This document shows positions 48,589 to 61,214 of a DNA stretch of 64,000 bases, in pieces. The notes under the pieces are model-generated. The model saw only the letters and a program-made list of their open reading frames with translations. It was not told where the DNA came from and searched no databases. Location: assembly GCA_003427395.1 (NCBI GenBank), contig BFEA01000019.1:3256565-3320564 (forward strand), read 5' to 3'. Positions within the stretch are counted from its first letter, which is position 1. Each line of letters starts with the position of its first letter. The translations under genes and the position numbers were made by a program. This DNA comes from Chara braunii (taxonomy: Eukaryota; Plantae; Charophyceae).

Positions 48589-49144
48589 CAGGCTTGCCAT
48601 GGCAACAATGACCTGAAGGGGGACCAAGTGGCGGCATCAGTGCGATCTCCGGTTGGGCAGGAGCCAAAGGCAGCGAAAAACGAGTACTTACACATGCAAA
48701 CTACAGACCGATGACTGTCGTACGAACACGTAGGAAACCCTAAAAAATCGTCATACGCAAACCTACCAAAGAATGCTGCCCCACAAGAAGCACACAGGCG
48801 TGTACAGCCCAACTGCGTATACGTGCCATGTGCAACACACACAGGCAAGAAGTATCGTAAAACCAACACACGGGTTTTCACTCGACGCGCTCACAAGCAA
48901 CTCACAAGCTTCCATACAAACGAAACATACCCACGTCATCTCGTGGGAAAAGCTTAACCATAGTGCGCTCGAGTTCGTCATCATGCAACGAGTCTCAACT
49001 GCATATAGCACTCCTATATCGCAACACAAGTCTTGGACAGGTTATCTGTGGCAAAGAAGTGATGACACTGCATTACAGCGCGCACTCAAAGACAGCAAAA
49101 CAGTCTTCATGCTGGCAACGAACCGACATCCTCATTTCCAATAT

Positions 49145-49600
49145 TTACGATTACAACCCTTCCACACGGTCGGCATAAAACACACCACAATTTTTAGGTG
49201 TTTGCACGTACTCTGAGCTTAGCCTGAACTCAGAAAAAAACACACGTCAAGAAAAATTCCATCGTAGAGGTCACTCACACTCGTTCTACTGAGAGACCTT
49301 GTCGTCATAGAACACCACGATTACTTACGATTACAACCCTTCCATACGGTCGGCGTAAAACATCACAATTTTTAGGTATTTGTGCGTACTCTGAGCTTCG
49401 CCTGAACTCAGAAAAAAACACGTCAAGAAAAATTCCATCGCAGAGGTCACTCACACTCATTCTACTGAGAGACCTTGTCGTCATAGAACACCACGATTAG
49501 GTGTTTGCGCGTTCTTTGAGCTCACGCGTGCACTCAGGAAAAGCACTCGCATCAAGAAAATTCCACTGCAGAGGTTTACACGCATCTTGCTGAGAGACCT
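49145..49600 (+). repeat. ~180-bp tandem repeat, 2 full units and 1 partial unit
   Basis: TTACGATTACAACCCTTCCA...GTCGTCATAGAACACCACGATTA repeated. Confidence 0.88.
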
Positions 49601-51488
49601 CGATCCCACGACCTTTCCACACCTGCGCCATAATAATCAACATGATCCTCTCGGCACCCGCAGCCTGACGCGGCACCCAAGATTCGTGATACCTCGCCGT
49701 TACCTTCCATATGTGCAGCACGCATATAGAGACATTTGTGGTTAGGTTTTGCAACTCCAGACCGCACACAACCAAAACTGCACGTCTGCAACCCTTCAAT
49801 ATGATAACGGTCCCGGGATGTAGATCAACAACAAACACAAGGGCAAACGATTCTCGTGCGACTGGCGAAGGCAACGTAAGATTTCCACCACAGTCAGGAA
49901 CTACAGACTGCAATAACAACAGAAGAGAACGATAGCTACAACGTTCCTGCAAATAGCTTTTCTCTCGAATTGAGGGATATATAAACAGCACCAACTGTGT
50001 ATCAAACACCTAGGGATTTTCGGTATGGACCAAACCAAACAACACGACGACATTGCTTGCAAGAAAGACGACACATAGACTCACCTTAACGTCGAGGGAG
50101 GGAAAAAAAGACATTCGAAATTTTCTTTGGGGGCACCATTTGCTGTGAGCGTTACCCATGTCGCACTCGCTAAACACCAACATACACAGATTGCGCGGTC
50201 ATTAAAAGGACTTAAAGAAAGAATGGCCATCGCCCCAAACACACGGACAGAGAGACACCCAACGAGACAAGAGAATGCACTCGTCGCAAAACACACCCGC
50301 AATTCGATCGATACAAACAAGCCAACAAGAAAGTCACACCTTCAAAAATTATCTATCGAGTCGTGCACGCGCGTCTGAGCGCCCCCGAAAATCGTTCTAA
50401 CAGTAACGCCCCCCCTTTACGCCGCCTTTTCCACCTCCCCTCCCTCTTTCCCCCATCAACGATTTCTGCCAGACAATCAATACAGGACAAGGACTTTTTG
50501 TCTGCTCGCCTTCTCCCACGAACGCCCCACGGAAACGGGTGATTCTCCTCCCCCTCTGTACCTGACCCGAGAACCCCCTTATCAGAACAATCCAAAACCC
50601 AAATGAAACGAAAGGTTCAGCAGGGCGCAAGAAGGCACGCCAAAGAGAGAAAAAAGACCTCTGCGATCCTAAAAACCCTACTCGCTCAAAAAGAGAACAA
50701 AGAATGGAATATAGCGGCCAGCAAGCTCTCCTAGGAGAGCTCAGTTGCTCGGCCGTTCGACTCTTCCCTCCTCTGCTCCACATTACGAAATCCATTTCAT
50801 GTCAGAGTATACCTTCATTTCAGTTCACTCTAAACTATCACCTCGGTTATCGATTGCCACATCCATCCGCAGCAGCACATGGGAGAACACTCCACATTTT
50901 CGATGGATAATAAAACAAATGAGAACGCTACTCCAAGAACAGAGTACCTCTCGTCCTCTGCTTCCCCACCACAATGGAAGGCATCAGATTCACAATGTCC
51001 GTCTCCGTTCTCGAACCGGAAATCTTTGTCCTAACCTAAGCAACAACTCAGACCAGACCACGTAGGGAAGGAAAACATGAAAGGGGGGGGCGGGGGGGAG
51101 GGGAATGGACACACTCGACAGAGAGGGAAATCAAAAAGGGCCGCAAAGGACAATGATCTTCCCCTACCACACTCCCGACCTGCGTCCGATCGGCCATTCG
51201 ACCACCGGAAGAGGCAAGATACATGCAAACAAAATTACAAAACAACCCTCCCAACGTTTTACCTCATAGTGGCTTACCAGCGTTTTATCCGATAGTATTT
51301 TTTTATGCGTAGGTCGTGCAACAAACCAGCAGCGCGCAGATGACACGAAGGAAATACCAGGAACGAGCAGCCCTACATATCGAACACCCATGATAAAACT
51401 GAAGATCACAGAAAGCCATACCATTCCGTCATGTCACAATTGCACGCTTGTCACCCGACTCCGTACTGTAGGTTTCCAGGTTGAAGCT

Positions 51489-53138
51489 TCAAGCTCCACC
51501 GCCAAGGGTCGGGAAGGAGGCCTGGTCGTCGATAGCAGGAGGGTGTTCCCCGTAGCTATTCTCGTATCCACCGCCGCCGCCACCACCGCCGCCGCCCCCG
51601 CCGAACCTACCTCCTCCAAAACGTCCGCCAAAGCGGCCGCCGCCGCCGCCGCCGCCTTCCCCACGCCCTCGTCCTTCTCCGCGACCTCGTCCGCCGCGTC
51701 CGCGGAAACCTCCTGCGCCGGAATACCTCCACGATGCGGAATCGCCTTCGACAGGACGCAAGAACTCGTGAATTGGAATGGATTTCTTAGGAAGAACCTC
51801 CTGAGGCACCTCCTTCTTCTCGACGGGCTGCTTCTTCACCTTGGTGGTTTCCTTGGGCACGCTCTTCAATGTGTACCTCTCTTCTTCTTCATCGTAGTGC
51901 GACGACTTATCCACAAGTCCCATATTCTCGAAAGCCTTGATATCCGCCTGGGCGACAGTCTTCTTTTCTTTATCGTCTCCTCCCTTGTTGAGGGCGGCGA
52001 GTAGACTGCGCCTCTTCTCCTCTTTGATTTTTTCGTACTCGTCCAGCGTCATCTCGTCTGGTTCTTCCTTCTTCGGTTCGGCATCCTCCTGAGCGGTAGT
52101 CTGCGCTTTCTCTTCGCCTTCAGCAGCAGGAGCTGGAGCAGCATTCGTGGTCTCTCCATCTTCCCCAGCAGGAGCTTCCGTCTCCTCTGCCTTGGCAGGT
52201 TCCTTCGGTGGGGCTTCGCTCTCTTGCTCCGCCTCCTCTGCCTTCACGTTCAGGTTTGCTCCCTGGTCGCCTTCCACTCCCCAGTTTCCACGGCCAGCGC
52301 CACCACGACGCATCTCAAATCCACGGCCAGTGCCGCTTCGGCGGTCGAAGTCTCGCCTCGGTGGGCGGCCGTCCTCTTCCCCCTCCCCTGAGAAACCACC
52401 ACCTCTGCCTCTACCACCTCTTCCTCGCCCATAGAACCTTCGGCCTCCGCCGCGCCCGCCGTCGTAAAATCGATCCGATCGACCTTCGCCGACGAAACCA
52501 TCCTGCGCACCTGCTCCCGGACGCTCACCATCGAAGTCGCCGCCACCTCCAAAGCGACCGCCATAGCCGCCGCCATATCCACCCCCGTATCCACGACCAC
52601 CATAACCGCCGCCGCCGTAGCCGCCGCCGCCTTCGCGCTCAACAAGCCCAGAGTCGTTTTCTCTCTCGTTATCCCTGTCGCCACCACCACCGCCGCCGGG
52701 ACCCCCACCACCCCTCCCGCCAAAGCGGCCACCACGACCGCCATACCCACGCCCACCTTCACGGTCACCAAAACGACCAACCCCCTCCCTATCCCCATAC
52801 CCGCCACGTCCACCACCATCACGATCTCCATAACCACCACCATAGCCTCCACGGCCACCACGGCCGCGACCGCCGCGGCCTCCACGACCGCCTCCCCCTC
52901 CTCCCCCCTCGTACTGATCCCCGCCACGTGCGGCATTCGCATTTCCTGAATCTTTGTGGGACGACTCTAGAGCCCGAGACTTCGCGCTTCCTTGTTGATT
53001 GCGCTGGTCCTTCGTTGGAGCAGATTTAGTAGGGACAATGTCAACATCTTTTAGGGCAGTAACACGGGCAAGGACGGCTTCCGGATCTTCGTTCTCCTCG
53101 TCGCCCAACAGGGCATATAAGTTGTGCGTGGACGCCAT
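51489..53138 (-). CDS. RGGA: RGG-repeat RNA-binding protein, Stm1_N + HABP4/PAI-RBP1 (SERBP1/RGGA-like); single-exon CDS
   Basis: 549-aa ORF with N-terminal NLYALLGDEENEDP, many RGG/YGG repeats, the HABP4 core RRDFDRRSGTGRG..RRGGAGRGNWG, EMTLDEYEK and C-terminal PAIDDQASFPTLG. Confidence 0.93.
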   Translation of the reverse strand: MASTHNLYALLGDEENEDPEAVLARVTALKDVDIVPTKSAPTKDQRNQQGSAKSRALESSHKDSGNANAARGGDQYEGGGGGGGRGGRGGRGRGGRGGYGGGYGDRDGGGRGGYGDREGVGRFGDREGGRGYGGRGGRFGGRGGGGPGGGGGGDRDNERENDSGLVEREGGGGYGGGGYGGRGYGGGYGGGYGGRFGGGGDFDGERPGAGAQDGFVGEGRSDRFYDGGRGGGRRFYGRGRGGRGRGGGFSGEGEEDGRPPRRDFDRRSGTGRGFEMRRGGAGRGNWGVEGDQGANLNVKAEEAEQESEAPPKEPAKAEETEAPAGEDGETTNAAPAPAAEGEEKAQTTAQEDAEPKKEEPDEMTLDEYEKIKEEKRRSLLAALNKGGDDKEKKTVAQADIKAFENMGLVDKSSHYDEEEERYTLKSVPKETTKVKKQPVEKKEVPQEVLPKKSIPIHEFLRPVEGDSASWRYSGAGGFRGRGGRGRGEGRGRGEGGGGGGGRFGGRFGGGRFGGGGGGGGGGGGYENSYGEHPPAIDDQASFPTLGGGA

Positions 53139-53140
53139 CG

Positions 53141-53184
53141 CTGCAGAGAAAGTAACACCTCACCGACGAAATTTGTGTAATTAG
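53141..53184 (-). promoter_or_regulatory. 3' splice acceptor and branch point of a probable 5'-UTR intron of the RGGA-like gene
   Basis: The minus strand reads ttctCTAATtacac...gttactttctctgcAG|cgATG, placing the acceptor 2 nt before the start codon. The donor is not pinned down (candidates GTAAGG ~53714, GTGAGG ~53892). Confidence 0.65.
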
Positions 53185-54740
53185 AGAACGGCGTTTCACA
53201 CCCAGAGGATATCAAGCATCAATCAGTCCATCAGGACAAATACAGAATCGGCAGTCATCGTACAAGAGGGCACCTGCGCACTCACGAGAGATTGGGCAAA
53301 GCATTGAAGGAGGACACGTGGAGCTGCTTTCTCGGATTCATGAGCAAAACGCCTCTCTTTGCAAGCTCCATGTAACGATTCTGTCCCCGCCGCCGCCACC
53401 GCCGCCGCCGCCATAAGCCGCACGTACCCACCTAGGCAACTCCTCCTCCAACTCCAGTGTTAGCGGGCCACCCACGTCGGCCCCCCGCTTTCCCTATCAT
53501 CATTCTCAATACCGTGGCTCTTCCCACTCGGTCGCTCTACCGCTGCATCTGTTCAGCGACAACGAATCTAGCTGTGAATACACCCCACAACCCACGGGTG
53601 AAAGGGAGAGTGTAGAGAAACGCCCCGATTATCTACCGACGGAAACACGCTCGCGGACTGCTGCTGTGGTCCTCCTCCCAGGACCTTCGCACGCCGCGGC
53701 AACTCGACCCTTACATGCCAGAAACGGAAAGCGATTTTCCTTTTCGGTCGGGTTTAACACATCCGATCACTCTACGACCAGTGACACGCGGTCCTTCGGA
53801 CCTGGCCGCCCTGCGGCCGCCGCCACTGCACCCCTTTTCCGCCGCCCGCGACCGGTAGCTTCGCCCGCCCGCCTCCCGTCCGCCTGCCTCACCATGACGC
53901 AACGCAAAAGCCTGTCCTGCCGTCACGTAGCCCTAATTCCCTTGCGCCTGACTCTCGACGCTGGCCTGGTCCCCTCTCGGTCTGGCTCCTGCGCGCCTGA
54001 TCTGCATCTGCATTGCGCCTGCGCACGGCCCGCCCGCCATTCAGACGGGTCAAGGCCCCGCGGAAGAGGGCCAGGTCTTGCAGAAGCCAGGTCTTCCAGA
54101 TGCATCCAAATGAGGATATCCAAAGGCAAGCAATAACTGCAGGGAACACCCCGCCCGACCCGAGCCTCGAAGGAATTATTGGACGAAGGCTCGGATAGCG
54201 CACCCCTTTTTTCCATCTCGTCGAGGCCACCAGGGGGTGTCAGAATATCGATGAGAAACCGCGCCACGCAGTTTATCCGACACTTGGGATTCCTCATTTT
54301 GTTTGCCCGTGATCCCGTCGAGCCACCATCTATCCGCTAAAAAGAGGGGCAAAGACAAGCAAATGTAGCCCGTACAGTCCTCAGACCCTGGGGTGCCCCA
54401 CAGCGGTCACAGTCGTGACCATGGGGCTCAACCTTTCAAACGAGCCTCAGTTGACGAACCTACCTTCCAAGGCTCGCCGCAACTGCGCCTTTTCAAAGTG
54501 GCCCGCCGCTTTGGCTACCGGCCCAGGACCGAAGCAAAACAGTCTTACCGTATACTGGCAAGGCCACAACTTTGACTCATGTGGACTGGTGGTCTTACTG
54601 GTATACATGGCAAGAGTACTTGGCTTCAGGCCTGTAGGCCTGTAGCGAATGCGGCAGGCCACTTATAGAGGCGCAGTCGCAGGCTCCCAAGCCTTGAAAG
54701 GCAAGGAGAAATCTAAGCCACCCAATCTTGAGGGGCGGGT

Positions 54741-55062
54741 GGATGGCATGTGGCCTAGTGGTTAGGGCACCGGTTGGAAATGCGCATTGTGGTTTGAGGT
54801 TGCGCGTTCAAAACTCCGCTTCCATGCGCATGGACACCAGAAGACGTTTACATAATGTATACCCATTTGCAAACCCCCGTAGGCTGATGTGGGTAAGCTA
54901 TTACAGACACTGCTTGCACACCACCGAGGGGTCCTAGTCCATGGTTGATGTATGTTGGGTCTGGGCTATGGGATGTTTGTCCAATGCTCTTGCACACCAC
55001 CGAGGGGTCCTAGTCCATGGTTGATGTATGTTGGGTATGGGCTATGGGATGTTTGTTTGATG
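54741..55062 (+). mobile_element. tRNA-derived SINE-like sequence with internal 76-bp tandem duplication
   Basis: TGGCCTAGTGGTTAGGGC (A box) and GTTCAAACTCC (B box); CTTGCACACCACCGAGGGGTCC... is duplicated at ~54912 and ~54988. Confidence 0.55.
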
Positions 55063-56289
55063 CTTTTGGTTCATGAGGCTGTTCGAGTGCTTGTACACTT
55101 AGGATGATTGTTCCTTTGCCTTCCGGTCCAGTATTGCGCACAAATCGGTTAGTTTCCATAGTAGCTCAGCAGATTCGCTGGTAGGATTTGCATGGTTGAG
55201 GTTTTGTGTTTAAATTGTTTCACGTAGTGGGATGCAGCCGGAGAGACTTACACCCCTCCTGCAGAATCAGGAACAGTCAATGAGAGGAGACAGTACAGTC
55301 TATGGTCGGGGTTGGTAAGGACTCTTGAAGTTGAGAGTGGAGATTAGGTGGGCCCGTTGCTAAGTTTGAGATTTGGGGGGGTCGTCGCTAGGCATGACAG
55401 GGGTTAGATGAGGGTTCCTCCCTAAGACAGTTCGCCCATGGAATGAAACAGTCGATGAGAGTCTTGGTGCGCTTTATGGTCAATGTTAGTCTGACAACAC
55501 TAAAGACCCTACAGACCGCCTATTAAATATAGGAACAGTCGATGAGAGGAGACGTAGTACAGTCTATGGACGGTGTTAGTAAGGCTTTTGTGAGGAGGGG
55601 GGCTCTCTAGGGGGATTGATTGGGGTTGTCTGCCTCCCATGTTTTTACACGGAATTCAAAAATAAGAAACAACTCACCATCAACAACAATTTATACAGTG
55701 AATAACCTAACAACAAACAACAGTTGTGTATATAGCGGTAGGAACGCAAATATATCCACCTATGCGACTTATAGTGAAAATGTCTATATCTATCGCCTGA
55801 AGTACCCAGGCGACATACTTTTTTGACTATGCTTTGATAAAGGTTGAATGGTGTGAGTGGTGCTTAGCTTAGCCCTAGTACTTGCAACCACGGTCCGGTC
55901 AAGGTCACCCCCAGAATGAAGGGTGGAGATCCTCAGTGCTAGACACAAAGGTAAGATAGTGGGAGTAGGGATGCGCTGGGAAGAAATACGAGAGTGGTAG
56001 GTGGGAAGGGAGTCTCATTGGAATTGGGGGTCTCCACCACATGGTCGAACGCCAAAGGCACCTCTCATACGTATAGAATCCAACCTTTACAATGACTTGG
56101 GCTTAAAAAAAAAAAAAAAAAAAAAAAAAACTTGTTTGAGGTACCAATTGCGGGGTTCTACCGCCACAAGTAAGAAAAACGGACTACTTTCTTAACTTTA
56201 ATTAACAGCAAAATAACAACAATTATGTTTGAATTTCAATTTTGTTATTTGTTTCTTTGATGGTTGGAATTTCATATGAAAAGTTGGAG

Positions 56290-59200
56290 GGCTCGGGGAT
56301 CGGTAGCCCCGTTTCACGAGGGGTACCGGTAGCATAGAGTGAAAAACCAATTGAATGGCAGAAATAAAATTTGCGTCAAAAAATTGGAAACGCACCGAAT
56401 TAGCACGACGATTATTTTACAGCCAAAATGATTTTTTATTATTTATTCTGACATTTTTCCTTCAAAGAACACAACTTAATCTACGCACCCTCAAATTTTC
56501 ACAATTTTTGAAAATTTTTGTTAGGCGCGAAAATTCGGCAAAGTTGTGGTTTGCAAATGACAATATTGGATCCGCCGATAACGAATGGTCGCGACCCCTC
56601 CGTAGAAACGAAATGAAGTTCATAGGCTTACACCTCAACTCTAGCTCGATGCTTCTTTTGATTTTCTAAATTTTAATCTTATACTTTCATTGTTTTTTTT
56701 GCTCTATAAAAACAATGAGTGGTGTCAAAACAACCTTAACCCGCAAAGTTAAAACTTGCACAACGCTACTTCGTTATATCATAAAACATGTTATTTGTCT
56801 TAAGCCACTGCTACCTCCGAGCCTGTTTGTACCGACCGTGATTTTCACTGCGCGTCGAGTTCTGTCGAGCCTGGTTTCGTTCTGTCGATTTCTTGGTACT
56901 ATTATTAGGAAAAAGAAAACAACGGTCAGACTTTTAGAAAATAATAAGCACGGGGTTACAAACGAATACTTATATCCATAAAAAACACGCACACCCTTGG
57001 ACGTGACATAAGATAAATACCTAACACACATTAGTTGTGGAAGTATGCCCTCTGTGAGGGCGTTACAGCAGAGGATGTCGGGTTTACGGAATAAAAAAAT
57101 TAAAAAAAACAAAGAAATGAACTTAAGGTGGAAAAACGAGTTCATATATCTTCCAAAGTAGCATTGTGGACATGTTGTCCTCCAAAGAGTGTCAGCAACC
57201 CATAGATTCCACCATGCCTCTCCGTGAGAGCACCTAAGCAAAATAAATAAATAATAATAATAATTAAAAAAAAATAAACTGGTTGCAATAGCAACTAGAT
57301 GCAAACTGAAAAAATAAAACAAAAAAAACAAACACTTCAAAAAAACATAAGAAATAAACAATGTTATGAAGCAAAATAAAATAAACAACATTTGCCACAA
57401 CATTACATCCAAATTCCTTTTCAAATTTAGTATAAAAATAAAGTTAAAAAAAAACAAAACTGATAATAAAAATAACAACAATTAAAAAAATAAATGAAAT
57501 TAGTAAGAGAGGAATCACGTTTTCGACAGCTTCATCTTTGGAGATTTTTCATTTTGTTTTGGCACAGCCAAATTCTCCGAAAATTTGTACATGTGTAGTT
57601 CCTATAATACAAAACTTATTAAAAAAAATTCAAAAAATAATAAAATTGTTTAGGCCCCGCAATAAAGTGAAAACAAAAAGTAAAAAGTGAAAGAAAAACA
57701 AAATAGTGAATGGGCGAGCACCTTTTAACACCACTATCCTTGGCGATTTTTTATTTTTGTTTGGCTTAGCCAAATAGCTTCAAACTTTACATGCTTGTAT
57801 TTCACATCACTGTAAACTAAAATAAAAAAAACAAATTTAGGTTCGGACCCCGAACGACTTTGTTTACAGGCATGAGCCTGTTTATTATTATTTTTTCAAT
57901 AACATATTATTTTTTTATTTTTATTTTTTATTTTTTAACTAGACTACCAGTCGGGCCCCGGTTCCGGGTGACAAGCCCGTGCAAGGACACGGGACGGTCC
58001 CAGCAAAAAAAAACAAATCAAAAAAATCCTAAAACAAATGCTGTTATGCAGAAACATAAACTTAACAACCTTTGTCACCGGCTCACATTGAAATTTTTTA
58101 CCGAATTTAAAATATAAATAATTTTAAAATATATATACAGGGTAACCGACGTTCGGGACGGGCCGAACGCCCGAACCCGAACGCCCGAACCCGAACGCCC
58201 GAATGTATGGGACCCCTTGGGGATGCGTTCGGCCGTTCGGGCCGAATGCGGACCCCCCCCCCCCCCCAAAAAAAAAAAAAAAAAAAGTCATCAAAAAAAT
58301 TTGAAAAAAGATATGTTATGGATAAAAATACATTAAAAAAGATTTCCTGAGCATTACGTCCGAATTCCTTACCAAATTTGAAATAAAAATAAAATATACA
58401 GAACAAATACTAAAAATAAAAATAAATAAAAATAAAAAGAAAATTAAATTTAGTGAGTGTGCGAGCATGTTTTCGACAGCGCCATCTTTGGAGATTTTTC
58501 ATTTTGTTTTGGCATAGCTAAATGCCCTGAAAATTTACACATATGTACTTCGCATAATACAAAACCCACTAAAAAAGTTTCAAAAAATAATAAAATTGTC
58601 TAGACCCCGAACTAAAGTGAAAATAAAAAGTCAAAAGTGAAACAAAATGTGGGCGAGCACGTTTTGACACCGCCATCTTTGGCGATTTGTAATTTTTATT
58701 TGGCCTAGCCAAATGACTTGAAAATTTATAGGCATGTACCTCACGTGATAGAGAACTCATAAACAAAAACATTCAGAAAACAAAATGTATTTTTAGGCCC
58801 CGAAATAATTTTTGGCGGGGACCGAACCCGGCCGAACGCCTTCGGGTTCGGGCCCCGTACGGGACCCCAAACGCCCGAACGTACGGAGGTCTGCCCGGGG
58901 GCCTCCGTACGTACGGGCTGGTAACCCTGTATATATATATATATTTGTTTTTCAATCTTTTTGGCCCGACGGAGCAAGTGACCCCGAGCCACTCTAGTAG
59001 CCTAGTTATTTTATTTATTATTTTTATTTTTTTACCGCATTTAGCCCGAACGGCTAAACTCACCCCCAAGGGGTTCTGTACATTCGGGTAGTCGGATTCG
59101 GGCATTCAACCCGTCCCGAACGCCGGCGGGTTCGAAAAAACATTGAAAAAATGAACTTATTTTAAGTCCCCGAAATAGTTTTTGGTGGAGGCCGAACGCC

Positions 59201-61210
59201 TTCGGATTCGGACCCCGAACGCTCGTACATACGGGGGTTGACTCGGGGACCTCCATACGTATGGGCTAGTGAACCAGTATATATGTTTATATAATTTTAC
59301 TATGGTGAAAATTTTAGATGTGACCTAGACACAAAAGTTGTTTGATTTAGTTTTCTACATAATATAGTTTGTTTTCATAGGTTTTTTTTTTTCTCTTTTA
59401 ACCTTGCCTGGTTCGTACACTGTCGGGTCGTGCAGGAAAACAAGGTGACTTGGACAACCCGACTAATAGCCAAGTAGTTGTATAAAAAACAATTACCTGG
59501 AAAAACTAGTAAGTCAATACTTAATTTTAAAATATTAGTCTTACCGAATTTGATTTCTACGCCCCTTACCCCCAAAACAAAACATTCTTAAGTTTGCCCT
59601 GCATAAAACGTGACTATTGTATTTATGATGAAAATTTTGATTTAAATATTATATTGGTTGATTTTTTTAATTTTATATATTTTTAAATACTACGTAATTT
59701 ATTTATTTTTTTTAATCGAAAATATGAACAAGATACTGTCTAATTTGGGATACTTCTAATACATAGTATACAACCCATTAAGTAGAATGTTTTTAATCAA
59801 GAAACATATTTTTCATGATAATGATGATTGCAACTTATGATTTAATGATGATTTTTTTTTTTCGAGCTATGCAACAGGGTCAATAGCAGCCTACCGATAA
59901 AAATCAGAATAAATCACCATCATTACTTTTATCAATAGTAAATGTTGTTTTATTTTATTTTATTTTTTTTTTAACTTGTTTCTCAAGTTTATGTTTTTGA
60001 GTTATTTTTATTATCTTATTTAGTTATTTTAATTAAAAATAATAATAATAAATAACGTACTCCTAATTTTACAACTAGTCGTCAATCGCCCTAACCTCAC
60101 TTTTAACTAATATTTAATTTTTAAGATTGGAAAAAACTTTAAAAAATTGTATTTTCTGGGTCCCTCTTTGAGTTTTTAGCAGTACATTAAGACTAATCCT
60201 ATGCCTTTGAAATGTTTTAGTCATAATAATAATAATTGTTGGTCTTCAGTAAACATGAATGATTAGTCACCACAAAACTTTCAACTTTATTAACCGCTAA
60301 AAAAATGTGTAGAAAAAGTTATTACTTTTCTGCATATAATGAAGATTCAACAGCAAGACATTTCAACGAAGGTCTTTACAGAAAAAAAACAAAACAAAAA
60401 CCTACGTCGTTCAAAAAAAAAAAATTGAATAATTTTTGTCTCGAGGTTAAATATAAATACCTTACAAAATTATATGCACGGTAACCGGCATTCGGGACGG
60501 TTCAAATGCCTGAACCCGAACGCCCGAACGTACAGAACCCCTTAGGGATGCATTCGATTGTTCGGGCCGAACGTGAAAAAAAAAAAAAAAAAAAAAACTC
60601 AGGCTACTAGTCGGGCCGTTTGGGTCACCCTATTTTCTCAAACGGCCCGGCCGTGCAGGAATCAGGGAAGGTCTCAAAAAAAAAAAAAAAAAAAAAAAAA
60701 AAAACATCCGAAAAAAAACTATGTTATGCAGAAAAATAAACTGAAAAACTTTTGGCTCAGGGTCAGATTGTAATTTTTTAGCATATTTAAAATAAAAAAT
60801 AAAGTTAAAAATTCTATTTGGACGATTTGGCATTGATTAGAAAGACTTCGCCTATTCGGGACAGGCCGAACGCCCAAACCCGAACGCCCGAGCGTTCGCC
60901 AACCCCTCTCGACTCGTTCGGCCGTTCGGTCGAACGCAAAAAAAAAAAAAAAAAAAAANNNNNNNNNNNNNNNNNNNNNNNNNNNNNNNNNNNNNNNNNN
61001 NNNNNNNNNNNNNAAAAAAAAAAAAAAAAATCCAAAAAATATGAAAAACTTATATGTTATAAAGAAGAATAAACTAAACAATATTTGCCTGAACGTTACA
61101 TCCAAATTCGTTACCAAATTTTAAATAAAAATCAAATAGTAAAAATAAATAATAATAATAAAAATTAGAAAAAATAAAAAGAGAATGAAATTATTGAGTG
61201 GGCGAGCACG
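56290..61210. repeat. AT-rich cluster of related, nested non-autonomous DNA-transposon pieces
   Basis: Mutually similar blocks 57360-57850, 58310-58800 and 61050-61210, and 57940-58300 with 60600-61050; CCGAAC motifs throughout. Confidence 0.7.
58138..58929. mobile_element. hAT-like non-autonomous element
   Basis: Termini CAGGGTAACC / GGTAACCCTG, subterminal (C)CCGAAC arrays, and TATATATA (8 bp) on both sides. Confidence 0.65.
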
Positions 61211-61214
61211 TCTT

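Noticed and set aside
51390-53029. Overlapping His/Arg-rich ORFs on the RGGA-like gene
   Set aside because: Shadow frames of the Gly-rich repeats.
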